The translations under genes were made by a program, and so were the position numbers. 64,000 bases of DNA from an uncultured Pelagibacteraceae bacterium (GTDB lineage: Bacteria; Pseudomonadota; Alphaproteobacteria; Pelagibacterales; Pelagibacteraceae), in contig CABYVH010000001.1 of NCBI GenBank assembly GCA_902522365.1, positions 727 through 64,726 of the forward strand, read 5' to 3'. Below are positions 10,059 to 21,120 of the stretch, piece by piece; within the stretch, counting starts at the first letter, position 1; every line of letters starts with the position of its first letter. The notes below the pieces were generated by a model. It did not search any database. It was not told where the DNA came from and saw only the letters and a list, made by a program, of their open reading frames with translations.

Positions 10059-10476
10059 CTTTTCTTTCAAAATCTTTTAAACGACTTTCAATTGAAGCAA
10101 TTTTTTCACACATTTCTATACAAATTTTCTTAAAATCTTTACTCAATTCATCTGCTTTTGAAAAATTTGATCTTTCTAATTCCATATCAATTAAAAGGAA
10201 CATTGCCTCTTCATTCTTAGGGTCTAAAAGCAAGGTAGTTTTTAAATTCTTTTCTTCTTGTCTTTTATCTTCTTCAATTTTAAAAATTTTAGCTAAATAA
10301 AGGTAAGATGCTGTATCCTTTGGGTTATAGACTATATTTCTATGGAATAAAAACTTTGAATCTTCATATTTTTCCTTGTCGAATAAATCCTTGGCTTCCT
10401 TAAAAAAATTATTTTCATTCGAATTAGCAAAAAGGCTAAATGAAATAAATGTAAAAATTAAAATTAAGTATTTCAT
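10048..10476 (-). CDS. Small exported TPR protein
   Basis: Signal peptide; two TPR-like repeats ([28 protein letters not shown]); C-terminal CIEMC. Confidence 0.7.
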   Translation of the reverse strand: MKYLILIFTFISFSLFANSNENNFFKEAKDLFDKEKYEDSKFLFHRNIVYNPKDTASYLYLAKIFKIEEDKRQEEKNLKTTLLLDPKNEEAMFLLIDMELERSNFSKADELSKDFKKICIEMCEKIASIESRLKDFERKDAS

Positions 10477-10478
10477 AG

Positions 10479-11543
10479 TTATTTTTTCACAACATCTATA
10501 TTATGTACCATACTTTCATAAAAACCTGCTTTAGTAATTTTAACAAATTTTGGTTTTTTTCTTAGATCAATTACTTTCTTAGCTCCCATGTAGCCCATTG
10601 AAGATTTCAAACCTCCAACTAAGTTGTAGATTATTTTATCAACTTTACCTTTGTATTTAATGTATCCCTCTACACCTTCCGCTACATATTTTGATGTATC
10701 TTTTTGTTTAGTTTGAAAATATCTGTCTGCTGAACCTTTATTCATTGCACCTATTGACCCCATGCCCCTAAAATATTTATATAATTTACCATTTTTCTTT
10801 ATTTTTTTTCCAGGTGCTTCATCTGTGCCAGCAAATAGTGATCCTATCATAACTGCATCTGCACCAGCGGCTAATGCTTTAGCAATATCACCAGAAAATT
10901 TTATTCCCCCATCAGCAATTAATCTTGTTTTACTTTTCCCAATCCCCTTTTTAACATTTAATATCGCACTTAATTGTGGAACTCCTATTCCTGCTACAAG
11001 TCTAGTTGTACAAATAGATCCTGGGCCTATTCCTACTTTTATAATATCCACACCTAATCCCACCAGAAACTTTGCAGCTTCTGCTGTAGCTATATTTCCT
11101 GCACAAATTGCTGTTTTCTTAGGACGTATTTTTTTTATTTTTTTGATTATATCTCCTACTTTTTTGGTGTGTCCGTGTGCTGTATCAATTACTATTATGT
11201 CTAAGTTTTCTTTTAATAATTTTTTAGCTCTCTTTAATTCTTTTTCATTTGCACCAACTGCTGCACCTACTAATATTTTTTTTGATTTAACTTTTCTAAT
11301 TTCTTTAATCTGTTCTTCAATATTTAAGTTTCTATGAATTATTCCTAATCCCCCAGCTCTCCCTATAGCAATCCCCATTGAAGACTCTGTGACAGTATCC
11401 ATTGCAGATGACAAAAGTGGAATTTTTATCTTTAGACTTTCTGTTAAATTTATGGAGGTGTTTACTTCACTAGGTAGGATTGATGAGTAATTTGGCGCTA
11501 ATGTAACATCATCAAATGTTAAAGCTTCTTTAATAGTTTCCAT
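10479..11543 (-). CDS. guaB: IMP dehydrogenase, short form without CBS domains
   Basis: Motifs LTFDDV, SSAMDTVTE, DTAHGH, KVGIGPGSICTTR, ADGGI, FRGMGS, EGVEG. Confidence 0.95.
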   Translation of the reverse strand: METIKEALTFDDVTLAPNYSSILPSEVNTSINLTESLKIKIPLLSSAMDTVTESSMGIAIGRAGGLGIIHRNLNIEEQIKEIRKVKSKKILVGAAVGANEKELKRAKKLLKENLDIIVIDTAHGHTKKVGDIIKKIKKIRPKKTAICAGNIATAEAAKFLVGLGVDIIKVGIGPGSICTTRLVAGIGVPQLSAILNVKKGIGKSKTRLIADGGIKFSGDIAKALAAGADAVMIGSLFAGTDEAPGKKIKKNGKLYKYFRGMGSIGAMNKGSADRYFQTKQKDTSKYVAEGVEGYIKYKGKVDKIIYNLVGGLKSSMGYMGAKKVIDLRKKPKFVKITKAGFYESMVHNIDVVKK

Positions 11544-11582
11544 GTCCTTATATAAATGATTCTTGAAAAAATAAAAGGATAA

Positions 11583-12194
11583 CTATCTCAAATTTCTACA
11601 AATAATAAAATTTTCTTTAGAGTCTTTTCTGCTTGAAGGTGGCTTGAATATATCTACATCTTTAAAAGATTTTTTTCCTAATGCGACAATCTCGTTAAAA
11701 GATGATCCCATAAAAAGTTTAGAAATAAAATTTCCTTTTTTATTAAGTAATTCAATAGCAAAATTCATTGCCTCTATACATAATTCTCCTGTAACTAGGG
11801 AATCTACACTTTTATTACCTGTGGTATTAACTGCCATATCAGAGACTACAAGATCTACTTTCTTGCCAAAATAACTTTTGATACTTTTTTTTTGCTGCTC
11901 TTCAGTAAAATCCCCTTTTATATGTACTAAATTCTTAATTGGTTCAATATCCTTTAAATCAATTGAAATTATTTTAGAATTACCGAAATTTCTCGATATA
12001 TACTGAGACCAGCTACCCGGGGCTGCACCAAGATCTATAACTAAAATATTATTTTTGATTATTTTAAATTTATCGTTTATTTCTTGCAATTTATATACTG
12101 CTCTTGACCTATAACCCTCTAATTTTGATTTTTTTATGTAAATATCTCTTTTTTGCTTAATGATCCAATTCTTAGAAAATTTATTCTTTTTCAA
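11583..12194 (-). CDS. rlmE: 23S rRNA Um2552 methyltransferase (FtsJ/RrmJ)
   Basis: Motifs YRSRAVYKL, DLGAAPGSWSQ, SDMA, KPPSSR..SKE. Confidence 0.95.
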   Translation of the reverse strand: MKKNKFSKNWIIKQKRDIYIKKSKLEGYRSRAVYKLQEINDKFKIIKNNILVIDLGAAPGSWSQYISRNFGNSKIISIDLKDIEPIKNLVHIKGDFTEEQQKKSIKSYFGKKVDLVVSDMAVNTTGNKSVDSLVTGELCIEAMNFAIELLNKKGNFISKLFMGSSFNEIVALGKKSFKDVDIFKPPSSRKDSKENFIICRNLR

Positions 12195-13094
12195 CTAATT
12201 CTCAAATCTTAAAGATTTTTCAATTATATCTCCATCCAATGTTTTAATTTTGGATATATAATTTTTATTATTTCTTATATTATCATTATTTTTTCCTGCT
12301 AAATGAATAATTCCTATTTCATGGTTTGGTAAATAAGGTTCAACAAAAGTATTTAGTTTTTTGTCAAATTTTATTGCATCTACAAGTGTCCAGTTGCAAT
12401 AAGCAGGTAGAATTTCCACGTCTAAATTATCTGAATATATTGTAATATTCATTGCTATTTGCTCCGAACCCCAAATTTTTCCAGAGGACAATGCTTTTTT
12501 TAAATTTTTTTGCCATATTTCCCAATGAGGAGCACTTTCTTCCAAGCAAAATAATCCAATATTTAAATGGGGTTTAAGTGCCACTTCTCTTGAAACTTTT
12601 TCTGAAAATCCAGATGATTTGGCATGCTTGTAATTTTGTGATTTTATTCTTGCAAAACTTCCAAATACCCATTCTGCTCTTAAAACTCTTCCATAGGATC
12701 TATCTGCTGATGTTGCTATTGATAATTTATTATTCTCACATCCTTTAAAATAAAGATCAATTGCATACCAAGAGTTTACCCATGCATCCGCATCGATCCA
12801 TAAATATTTTTTATATCCTGGAAAATAATTTGGTAAGAATGCTCTAGATACCTGGCTTTTCAACCACTCTCTTCCTTTTATCTTAAAATTTGGAACTTCT
12901 ATATCCCACTCAGCCTTTTTGATTTGAAACACTTTTTTTTCTAATATTTTAATTTGTTCATCGTTTAATCCTGCATCCATTATGCAAATATCTACTGATT
13001 TGCTTTGTTCAAATCTATTAATTGAATCAATTAATTCGTTAAGAAGATTGAAATAATTTGAATCTGCTAATGAGATTATTGTATTTTCCCTCAT
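12195..13094 (-). CDS. Putative GT-A fold (GT8-like) glycosyltransferase
   Basis: Motifs ADSNYF, WIDADAW (DxD), NIGLF, EQIAMN, IIHLAG. Confidence 0.65.
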   Translation of the reverse strand: MRENTIISLADSNYFNLLNELIDSINRFEQSKSVDICIMDAGLNDEQIKILEKKVFQIKKAEWDIEVPNFKIKGREWLKSQVSRAFLPNYFPGYKKYLWIDADAWVNSWYAIDLYFKGCENNKLSIATSADRSYGRVLRAEWVFGSFARIKSQNYKHAKSSGFSEKVSREVALKPHLNIGLFCLEESAPHWEIWQKNLKKALSSGKIWGSEQIAMNITIYSDNLDVEILPAYCNWTLVDAIKFDKKLNTFVEPYLPNHEIGIIHLAGKNNDNIRNNKNYISKIKTLDGDIIEKSLRFEN

Positions 13095-13892
13095 TTATAA
13101 CACATCTTCATGATGATCAGTATCATCTGCGATGGCTTTAACATTTTTTTTGGTCATAAGATAATGCATTGAACTTATTGGTACCATTAACAAATAAATT
13201 ACACCTGAAATAATAATAGCATTAAATGTATAAACGAGAATTAAGCCAAAATATAAGATTATTCCAAATAACAAAAATATTGATGTACTTCTTGGGACAG
13301 CTATCCTTTTAAAAGAATAAGTTGGTATTTTGCTTATTAATAGTATTGAAACAATTATAAACATAATTGGTACAATAATTTGGTAATTTAACTTTAAAAA
13401 CTGAAATTCACTAATACTTAATATCAAAGGCATTAAAACAAGAACTCCACCTGCTGGAGAAGGAATGCCTTCAAAAAAATTATCTTTCCAAGAACTCTCT
13501 TCGTTTGATGAAACATTAAACCTTGCAAGTCTAAGTGCAACACAAACAACATAAATTAATGAAATTAACCAACCTACTCTTCCAGTTTCAGACAACGCCC
13601 AAAAATACATTATAAAAGCTGGAGCAACACCAAAACTTATTACATCAGTAAGAGAGTCTAATTCTTTTCCAACTTTAGAAGTTCCTTTAATTAACCTTGC
13701 AATTCTACCGTCTAATCCATCAATAATTGCAGCTACTATAACTGCTATAATTGACAATTCAAATTTACCATCAAATGCAAACTTTATTGAAGTCAATCCA
13801 ATACATACTCCAACAAGTGTTAAAATATTTGGTAAAATAACTCTTGTTTTTTTATTAGAAACTAACTTAATATTTTTATTTTGAGGATTCAT
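13095..13892 (-). CDS. pssA: CDP-diacylglycerol-serine O-phosphatidyltransferase
   Basis: Motifs LPNILT, DGLDGRIAR...GKELDSLTDVISFGVAPA, RLARFN, FEGIPSPA. Confidence 0.95.
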   Translation of the reverse strand: MNPQNKNIKLVSNKKTRVILPNILTLVGVCIGLTSIKFAFDGKFELSIIAVIVAAIIDGLDGRIARLIKGTSKVGKELDSLTDVISFGVAPAFIMYFWALSETGRVGWLISLIYVVCVALRLARFNVSSNEESSWKDNFFEGIPSPAGGVLVLMPLILSISEFQFLKLNYQIIVPIMFIIVSILLISKIPTYSFKRIAVPRSTSIFLLFGIILYFGLILVYTFNAIIISGVIYLLMVPISSMHYLMTKKNVKAIADDTDHHEDVL

Positions 13893-13896
13893 TAAA

Positions 13897-14541
13897 TTAT
13901 TTTTTTGCGATTAAAGTTTCACCAGCTATAGTTTTTTGACCAACTTTTACCAAAGGAGTATAATTTTCAAAATACATATCAGCTCTACTTCCAAATCTAA
14001 TCATTCCTATTCTTGAACCTTGTTCTAAAAGCTCATCTATAGAAACCTCTGTTACAATCCGTCTTGCAACCAGTCCTGCTATTTGGACAACAATTATATC
14101 TTCTCCATCAGAATTTTTTATTTTATAATAATTTCTTTCATTATCTTCACTAGCTTTATCTAAAGATGCATTAAAAAACTTTCCTGGTTTATAAAGTATC
14201 TCAGATATTGCTCCAGAACATGGAGACCTATTTACATGGCAATCAAACACATCCATAAAAATACTAATTTTTTTCATTTGTTTATTTTCTAAACCTAATT
14301 CTTTTGGACCATTAGTATCCATTACTTGTAGTACAACTCCATCGGCTGGACTTGTAAGATAGTTATCATCACCTATTGGAGTTCTTTCAGGGTCTCTAAA
14401 AAAATAATAACACCAAATAGTTAATACCAATCCTATAAAACCAAGAAATCCGTTTAGGAAATAGAGAATTATAGTTACGATTGCAAAAATAATAATAAAT
14501 TTGTATCCTTCGTTATGTATTTTCGGAAATATTTTACTCAT
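13897..14541 (-). CDS. psd: Phosphatidylserine decarboxylase
   Basis: Motifs FFRDPER, SPADG, HVNRSP, QIAGLVARRI, and the RFGS autocleavage site. Confidence 0.95.
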   Translation of the reverse strand: MSKIFPKIHNEGYKFIIIFAIVTIILYFLNGFLGFIGLVLTIWCYYFFRDPERTPIGDDNYLTSPADGVVLQVMDTNGPKELGLENKQMKKISIFMDVFDCHVNRSPCSGAISEILYKPGKFFNASLDKASEDNERNYYKIKNSDGEDIIVVQIAGLVARRIVTEVSIDELLEQGSRIGMIRFGSRADMYFENYTPLVKVGQKTIAGETLIAKK

Positions 14542-14619
14542 GACAATCCTATAATTGATAATTTTTGATTAATATGTATACAAAAAGAATAAATTCAACT
14601 ATTAAGATATATCGAAAAA

Positions 14620-15834
14620 ATGAGTAAAATTAAGGTTAAAAACCCCATTGTAGAGTTAGATGGCGATGAAATGACCAGAGTTATATGGGACTTCATAAAA
14701 AATAAGCTCGTTTTAACTTACCTTGATCTCAAAATTGAGTACTACGATTTGGGAATGGAAAGTAGGGATAAAACTGAGGATAAAATAACAATTGAATGTG
14801 CAAATGCAATTAAAAGAAATGGTGTCGGTATTAAATGTGCAACCATCACACCCGATGAAGCTAGAGTAAGAGAATTTAATCTTAAAAAAATGTGGAGATC
14901 TCCAAATGGTACAATAAGAAATATAATTGGAGGAACTGTTTTTAGAGAACCAATAATTTGTAAAAATATTCCAAAACTTGTGCCCTCATGGACAGATCCA
15001 TTGATCATAGGCAGGCATGCGTTTGGTGATCAATACAGAGCAACAGACTTTACAGTACCTGGTAAAGGTAAGTTAGAAATCAAATGGACCGCTGAAGATG
15101 GTTCTGATGAGAGAAAATACGAAGTCTTCAATTTCCCAGGACCTGGAATTGCACTATCAATGTATAATTTGGATAAATCAATAGAGGACTTTGCAAGATC
15201 TTGCTTTAACTATGGATTAATTAAAAAATGGCCAGTTTATCTTTCTACTAAAAATACAATTTTAAAAAGATACGACGGAAGATTTAAAGATATTTTTGAA
15301 GAAGTTTTTGAAAAGGAATTTAAAGATAGATTTAATCAAAATAAAATTACTTATGAGCATAGATTAATAGATGATATGGTAGCATGTGCAATGAAATGGC
15401 ATGGAAAATACATTTGGGCATGCAAAAATTATGATGGAGATGTACAATCAGATACCGTTGCTCAAGGATATGGATCTTTAGGTTTAATGACAAGTGTTTT
15501 GCTTGCTCCTGATGGCAAAACAATGGAGGCTGAAGCTGCACATGGAACAGTAACTAGACACTTTAGAATGCATCAACAAGGTAAAGAAACATCAACAAAT
15601 CCAATTGCATCTATTTTTGCTTGGACAAGAGGGTTGGCTCATAGGGGAAAATTAGATGGAAATGAGGAATTAATAAAGTTTGCAGAGACACTTGAAAAAG
15701 TATGTGTTGATTGTGTTGAAGAAGGATCAATGACTAAGGACTTAGCTATTTTAATAGGACCGTCAACAAAATATTTAACAACTAATCAATTTTTAGATAC
15801 TTTAGATGGTAAGTTGAGACAAAAACTAAATTAG
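14620..15834 (+). CDS. icd: NADP-dependent isocitrate dehydrogenase
   Basis: Motifs [47 protein letters not shown]. Confidence 0.98.
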   Translation: MSKIKVKNPIVELDGDEMTRVIWDFIKNKLVLTYLDLKIEYYDLGMESRDKTEDKITIECANAIKRNGVGIKCATITPDEARVREFNLKKMWRSPNGTIRNIIGGTVFREPIICKNIPKLVPSWTDPLIIGRHAFGDQYRATDFTVPGKGKLEIKWTAEDGSDERKYEVFNFPGPGIALSMYNLDKSIEDFARSCFNYGLIKKWPVYLSTKNTILKRYDGRFKDIFEEVFEKEFKDRFNQNKITYEHRLIDDMVACAMKWHGKYIWACKNYDGDVQSDTVAQGYGSLGLMTSVLLAPDGKTMEAEAAHGTVTRHFRMHQQGKETSTNPIASIFAWTRGLAHRGKLDGNEELIKFAETLEKVCVDCVEEGSMTKDLAILIGPSTKYLTTNQFLDTLDGKLRQKLN

Positions 15835-18489
15835 AGTCTTAATTTTTTCAAAAGCCTCATCAATTTTATCTTTAAATTGGCCTCCTGCTTGCGCAAAATC
15901 TTTTCTACCCCCACCACCTTTTCCACCAATAATTTCAGATCCTGTTTTAGCAAATGTGACTGCATCATACTTATCAATAAGCTCATCTGTTATCCCAACT
16001 GCAAGACCTACTTTGTCTTCTAGACTAGCAAAAACTATAACAATTCCTGTTTTTAGATCTTTTTTTCCGGCATCAACCAATTTTCTTAGCTCTTTAGGTG
16101 GAAGATCATCAACTTTTTGAAATCTTACACTTATATTATTAATTTTAACATCTTGAATTACATTTTTTGAATTATTTTCTAAAATTGAACTAAATTTTAA
16201 TTGCTCTAGTTGTTTTGATAATTCTTTAATTAAAATCTTATTATCTTCATTTTCTATATTTGGTTTGCCACCTAATTTAATTATCTGTTTTGATAAGTCA
16301 TTAATCATTTCTTCGTCTTTTTGTGCGGATAAGTCAGATAATTTTTCTTTATTTTGTAAGAAACTATTTAATTGATTTTCTCTAAGTGCTTCTACTCTTC
16401 TCACACCTGCTGCAATTGATGATTGACTAATAATTTTGAATTTTCCAATGTCACCAGTGTTTCGTACATGCGTACCTCCACATAATTCAGTGGAAAAATA
16501 CCTTTCTTTCTCATCTCCCATTGATAATACTCTAACCTCTTCTCCATATTTTTCTCCAAAGAGTGCTAGGGCTCCATTGTTTACTGCTTCTTTAGGTGTC
16601 ATGATCCTTGTTTTAACTTCTGTTTTTTTTTGTACCATTGAATTAACGTGATTTTCTATTTTTTCTATTTCCTGATCTGAAATTGGTTTCATATGACTAA
16701 AATCAAATCTTAATCTATCTGGCGCTACTAATGATCCTTTTTGTGTAACATGAGTGCCCAAAACTCTTCTTAAAGACTCATGCAAAAGGTGTGTTGCAGA
16801 GTGATAAGCTCTTATATTATTACGTCTATCAATATCAATTTTCATCTCAACATTATCTTTGATTTTTATACTTCCTGATTTAACTTTGCCGTAATGTACA
16901 AATAAATCACCTAGTTTTTTTTGGACATCTGTTATCTCGAACTTAAAGTTTCCAGATATTATTTCACCTGTATCTCCTACCTGTCCCCCAGACTCTCCAT
17001 AAAAAGGAGTTTGATTTAAAATAATAATTCCTTCATCGTTTTCATTTAATTCATTTACTTCTTTGTTGTCTTTTAATAATGATAAAATAATACCTTCTGC
17101 TTGGTCAGTTTCATAACCTAAGAATTCTGAAGGACCTAATCTATCTTTTATCGAAAACCAAATATCATCTACCGCACTATCGCCTGAGCCTTTCCAATTT
17201 TTCTTAGCAAGTTCTTTACTTTCTTTCATTAAACTTTGAAATTTATCATTATCAATTGTCAAAGATTTATTTTTTAAAATATCTTGCGTAAGATCCAATG
17301 GAAAACCGTAGGTATCATAGAGTTTAAAGGCTACTTCTCCAGGTAGTATCTTGTCTATTTTAGTTATTTCCTCATTTAATATTTTAATACCTCTGTCTAA
17401 AAGAATTAAAAATTTTTCTTCTTCCATTCTTAATGTTTCTTTTATTAAAGACTCAGCTCTTTCTATTTCTGAGTAATTACCTTTCATCTCATCTTTTAAG
17501 GTTTTAAAAATATTATAAAAAATTGGTTCTTTAGAACCAAGCAGATGAGAATGCCTCATTCCTCTTCTCATAATTCTTCTTAGTACATAACCTCTTCCTT
17601 CATTTGATGGTAAAACTCCTTCAGCAATTAAAAATGAACTTGCTCGTAAGTGATCTGCTATTACTCTAAAACTAGCTAAATTATAGTTATTAGGCTGGAC
17701 TTTTAAAATTTCTGCAGCAGAGTTTATTATTTTTTTAAAATGATCTGTTTCGTAGTTGTCGTGAGTTCCTTGAAGTAATGCAGCAATTCTCTCTAAACCC
17801 ATTCCAGTATCAACTGATGGTTTTGGCAGATTAATTCGCTTATCTTTTGAAATTTGTTCATACTGCATAAAGACTAAATTCCAAATTTCTATAAATCTGT
17901 CTCCATCCTCATTTTTTGTTCCTGGCAATCCACCTTCTAAGTGGTCTCCATGGTCATAAAATATTTCTGAACATGGACCGCAAGGTCCTATTTCTCCCAT
18001 AGACCAAAAATTATCAGATGTTGCTATTCTAATGATTTTATCTTCACTTAACCCAGCAATTTTTTTCCAGTAATTAAAAGCTTCGTCATCGTCATGGTAG
18101 ACAGTCACATAAAGTCTATTTTTATCTAAACCAAATTCTTTAGTTATTAAATTCCATGCTAGTTCAATAGCTCTTTCTTTAAAATAATCGCCAAAAGAAA
18201 AGTTTCCCAACATTTCAAAAAATGTATGGTGTCTTGGAGTATAGCCAACATTTTCAAGATCGTTATGCTTACCACCTGCTCTTACACATTTTTGAGATGT
18301 TGTAGCTCTTTGATATTCTCTCTTTTCTAGTCCAGTAAACACATTTTTAAATTGGACCATTCCAGAATTGGCAAACATCAATGTTGGGTCATTATTTGGG
18401 ACTAAATTGCTAGACTCAACTATTTTATGATCATTTTTTTCAAAATAATCTAAGAATGCTGACCTGATTTCATTTAATGTTTTAGCCAT
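15826..18489 (-). CDS. alaS: Alanine-tRNA ligase
   Basis: Motifs [52 protein letters not shown]. Convergent 9-bp overlap with icd. Confidence 0.98.
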   Translation of the reverse strand: MAKTLNEIRSAFLDYFEKNDHKIVESSNLVPNNDPTLMFANSGMVQFKNVFTGLEKREYQRATTSQKCVRAGGKHNDLENVGYTPRHHTFFEMLGNFSFGDYFKERAIELAWNLITKEFGLDKNRLYVTVYHDDDEAFNYWKKIAGLSEDKIIRIATSDNFWSMGEIGPCGPCSEIFYDHGDHLEGGLPGTKNEDGDRFIEIWNLVFMQYEQISKDKRINLPKPSVDTGMGLERIAALLQGTHDNYETDHFKKIINSAAEILKVQPNNYNLASFRVIADHLRASSFLIAEGVLPSNEGRGYVLRRIMRRGMRHSHLLGSKEPIFYNIFKTLKDEMKGNYSEIERAESLIKETLRMEEEKFLILLDRGIKILNEEITKIDKILPGEVAFKLYDTYGFPLDLTQDILKNKSLTIDNDKFQSLMKESKELAKKNWKGSGDSAVDDIWFSIKDRLGPSEFLGYETDQAEGIILSLLKDNKEVNELNENDEGIIILNQTPFYGESGGQVGDTGEIISGNFKFEITDVQKKLGDLFVHYGKVKSGSIKIKDNVEMKIDIDRRNNIRAYHSATHLLHESLRRVLGTHVTQKGSLVAPDRLRFDFSHMKPISDQEIEKIENHVNSMVQKKTEVKTRIMTPKEAVNNGALALFGEKYGEEVRVLSMGDEKERYFSTELCGGTHVRNTGDIGKFKIISQSSIAAGVRRVEALRENQLNSFLQNKEKLSDLSAQKDEEMINDLSKQIIKLGGKPNIENEDNKILIKELSKQLEQLKFSSILENNSKNVIQDVKINNISVRFQKVDDLPPKELRKLVDAGKKDLKTGIVIVFASLEDKVGLAVGITDELIDKYDAVTFAKTGSEIIGGKGGGGRKDFAQAGGQFKDKIDEAFEKIKTLI

Positions 18490-18538
18490 ATTTATCCAAA
18501 ATACAGCATTTTTATATGATGTCTACACTTCTGAAGGG

Positions 18539-18569
18539 AAAAAAGGCGCCCAATAGAGCGCCTTTTTTT
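18539..18569 (-). terminator. Intrinsic terminator after recA (bidirectional form)
   Basis: AAAAAAGGCGC-ccaataga-GCGCCTTTTTT. Confidence 0.85.
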
Positions 18570-18588
18570 AATAACTAAAAGTTATCTG

Positions 18589-19713
18589 CTAATTCTTTTT
18601 AGAAGGAACTTCTTCCTCTTTTTTCTGCGCTTCAAGCTTTTCTTCACTTAAAGGATTGCCTTCAATCTTCTTTGAAATAACACCAGCTTTTTCTCTAATA
18701 GCCATTTCAATCTCAGCCGCAGCTTTTGGATTTTGTTCAAGGTAAAGTTTAGCATTCTCTCTACCTTGACCAATTTTTTCACCTTTGTAAGCGTACCAAG
18801 CTCCAGATTTTTCAACAATCTCAGCTTTGGCACCGAGGTCGATTAGTTCCCCTACTTTACTAATTCCTTTTCCATACATTAAGTCAAACTCAACAACTTT
18901 AAATGGTGGTGCAACTTTGTTTTTAACAACTTTTACTCTTGTTGTATTTCCAACAATTTGCTCTTTATCTTTTATTGCTCCAATTCTTCTTATATCCATT
19001 CTTACTGAAGAATAAAATTTCAAAGAATTACCTCCAGAAGTTGTTTCTGGACTTCCAAACATTACACCAATTTTCATTCTAATTTGGTTAATAAATATAA
19101 CCATTGTATTAGTTCTTGAAATTGATCCTGTTAATTTTCTAAGAGCTTGAGACATTAGTCTTGCTTGAAGACCAACATGGTGATCTCCCATATCTCCTTC
19201 AATTTCTGCTCTTGGAGTTAATGCTGCAACAGAGTCGACTACTAAAACTGACATTGAACCAGATTTGATTAAAGTATCAGTTATTTCTAATGCTTGTTCG
19301 CCAGTATCTGGTTGTGAAATAAGTAACTCCTCCGTGTTAACTCCTAATTTCTTTGCATAGACTGGATCCAATGCATGTTCTGCATCTACAAATCCACAAA
19401 TTCCTCCTGCTTTTTGCGCTTCAGCAACAACTTGTAATGCTAATGTAGTTTTACCAGATGACTCTGGTCCATAAATTTCAACAATTCTGCCTTTTGGTAA
19501 TCCACCTATTCCAAGTGCCAAGTCTAAACTCAAAGATCCAGTAGAAATGGACTCAATATCCATTGCTTTTTGTTCTCCAAGCTTCATCACAGAGCCTTTT
19601 CCAAAGCTGTCTGTTATCTGGCTGATTGCTGCATCTAGTGCTTTATTTTTTTCTTTATCTTCCAATTCTTTATCTTTTGTGGATTTCACCACTTTTAAGT
19701 TATTTTTAGTCAT
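18589..19713 (-). CDS. recA: Recombinase RecA
   Basis: Motifs [52 protein letters not shown] precedes ATG 19713. Confidence 0.99.
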   Translation of the reverse strand: MTKNNLKVVKSTKDKELEDKEKNKALDAAISQITDSFGKGSVMKLGEQKAMDIESISTGSLSLDLALGIGGLPKGRIVEIYGPESSGKTTLALQVVAEAQKAGGICGFVDAEHALDPVYAKKLGVNTEELLISQPDTGEQALEITDTLIKSGSMSVLVVDSVAALTPRAEIEGDMGDHHVGLQARLMSQALRKLTGSISRTNTMVIFINQIRMKIGVMFGSPETTSGGNSLKFYSSVRMDIRRIGAIKDKEQIVGNTTRVKVVKNKVAPPFKVVEFDLMYGKGISKVGELIDLGAKAEIVEKSGAWYAYKGEKIGQGRENAKLYLEQNPKAAAEIEMAIREKAGVISKKIEGNPLSEEKLEAQKKEEEVPSKKN

Positions 19714-19763
19714 TTTTTGCCTCGTTTTTTTCATTTATTAACATTCGAATCATGAAAATAAAT

Positions 19764-19778
19764 GTACACATTTTGTTC
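19764..19778 (-). promoter_or_regulatory. Alphaproteobacterial LexA (SOS) box in the recA promoter
   Basis: GAAC-AAAATGT-GTAC on the - strand, lying within TTGCCA-N16-TACATT (19788-19761). Confidence 0.85.
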
Positions 19779-19821
19779 TCATTGGCAATATTTTTTTAAA
19801 ATTAGGGCTAGAAGTCGCTAT

Positions 19822-21120
19822 TTATCTAAGTTTTAAGTACCCGCTATTAAGTAGGCCAACTGACTTTATTAATCTGTATTGAGCTAAAAGATAGTTTCTC
19901 TCAGCCTCAGCAAGATTTATTTTAGCATTTATTAGATTTGATCTTGATTGAAGGACATCAAACGTAGATCTGTTCAGCCCACTCTCATATTCAAAGCTAA
20001 TTCCCTCATTTGCTATTTCTGCTGCTTTAACTTGTGTCTGAACAGCTCTTAAAAGACTCTTCGATGACTCTAATGTAGACCAAGCGGCAGTAACCGATTG
20101 GGTATTATTTCTATATGCATTTTCAAGTAACAATTTTTTCATACCTTTCACTTGAAGATTTTTATTAACATTAGATCTATTTTTTCCACCAAACTGAAAA
20201 GGCCAACTTACAGTTGCTTGAAGAACATCTTTTTCTCTTTCATCGTAAGTTGCACTTAAATCATCAACATAAGTTCTTTCTAATGACAGTTTTGCGGTTG
20301 GAGAAAGATCTGAACGAGCAATCTTCACATCTAACTCTGATTGTCCATATTCAATATCTGCAATAATTAGTTCTGGACTTTTTTGTTCAGAAGTTTTTTT
20401 TGCTGCGACTAGGCTTGATGGAATAGAAACTTCTGCATTATATATTTTTTTTAATTTTTCATTACTATTAATTGGTCCAATAATATTTTCATAAGCAAGC
20501 TTGCTTGTTACAATAGTATTTTGTGCTCCTATATATCCAGCTTGTGCTCCAGCTAAAGAGGATTGTGATTGAGCTAAATCAGTTGCTGTTATTTGAGCTC
20601 TTGAAAGTCTTGCATTATCTATTTCAAACTGTCTTTGAAGTAGATTTACATTTTCTTCATTTATACTTAATTTTTCGTAAGCAAGAATTAAACCTGTATA
20701 TGCTTCAATTGCTTTTAAAAAAACTTCTTGTTCTTTTTTAATAAGTTGTGCCTCAGAGAGGTTAAGTCCCAATTTACTTTTTTCATAAACAGAGTCTCTA
20801 CCTTTGCCATCTAAAAGTGTTTGCTCTAATTTCACAGAAGATGTCATAGGATTTGTATTGGTTATAGAAGCATCAGTACCATTTTGATTTGTAAGTTTAT
20901 TTGTATCTTCAAAACTTTTAGTTCCAGAAAGAGTCAAAGTTGGAAAAAAATCACTTTTAGAAATATTTAAAACTTCTTTTTGAACTTCTAAATTTTTTCT
21001 CTCTGCCTTAAGCTCTAAATTATTCTCATATGTCTGTTTTAATGCATCACTTAAAGTTGCTGCGCTGATTGGCAGTGTAAAAACTATTAAACAAAATACG
21101 GTTAGAGATATTTTTTTCAT
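19822..21120 (-). CDS. tolC: TolC family outer membrane efflux protein
   Basis: Signal peptide; TLSDALKQTYENN, SDFFPTL, two OEP repeats, YESGLNRSTFDVL. Confidence 0.9.
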   Translation of the reverse strand: MKKISLTVFCLIVFTLPISAATLSDALKQTYENNLELKAERKNLEVQKEVLNISKSDFFPTLTLSGTKSFEDTNKLTNQNGTDASITNTNPMTSSVKLEQTLLDGKGRDSVYEKSKLGLNLSEAQLIKKEQEVFLKAIEAYTGLILAYEKLSINEENVNLLQRQFEIDNARLSRAQITATDLAQSQSSLAGAQAGYIGAQNTIVTSKLAYENIIGPINSNEKLKKIYNAEVSIPSSLVAAKKTSEQKSPELIIADIEYGQSELDVKIARSDLSPTAKLSLERTYVDDLSATYDEREKDVLQATVSWPFQFGGKNRSNVNKNLQVKGMKKLLLENAYRNNTQSVTAAWSTLESSKSLLRAVQTQVKAAEIANEGISFEYESGLNRSTFDVLQSRSNLINAKINLAEAERNYLLAQYRLIKSVGLLNSGYLKLR

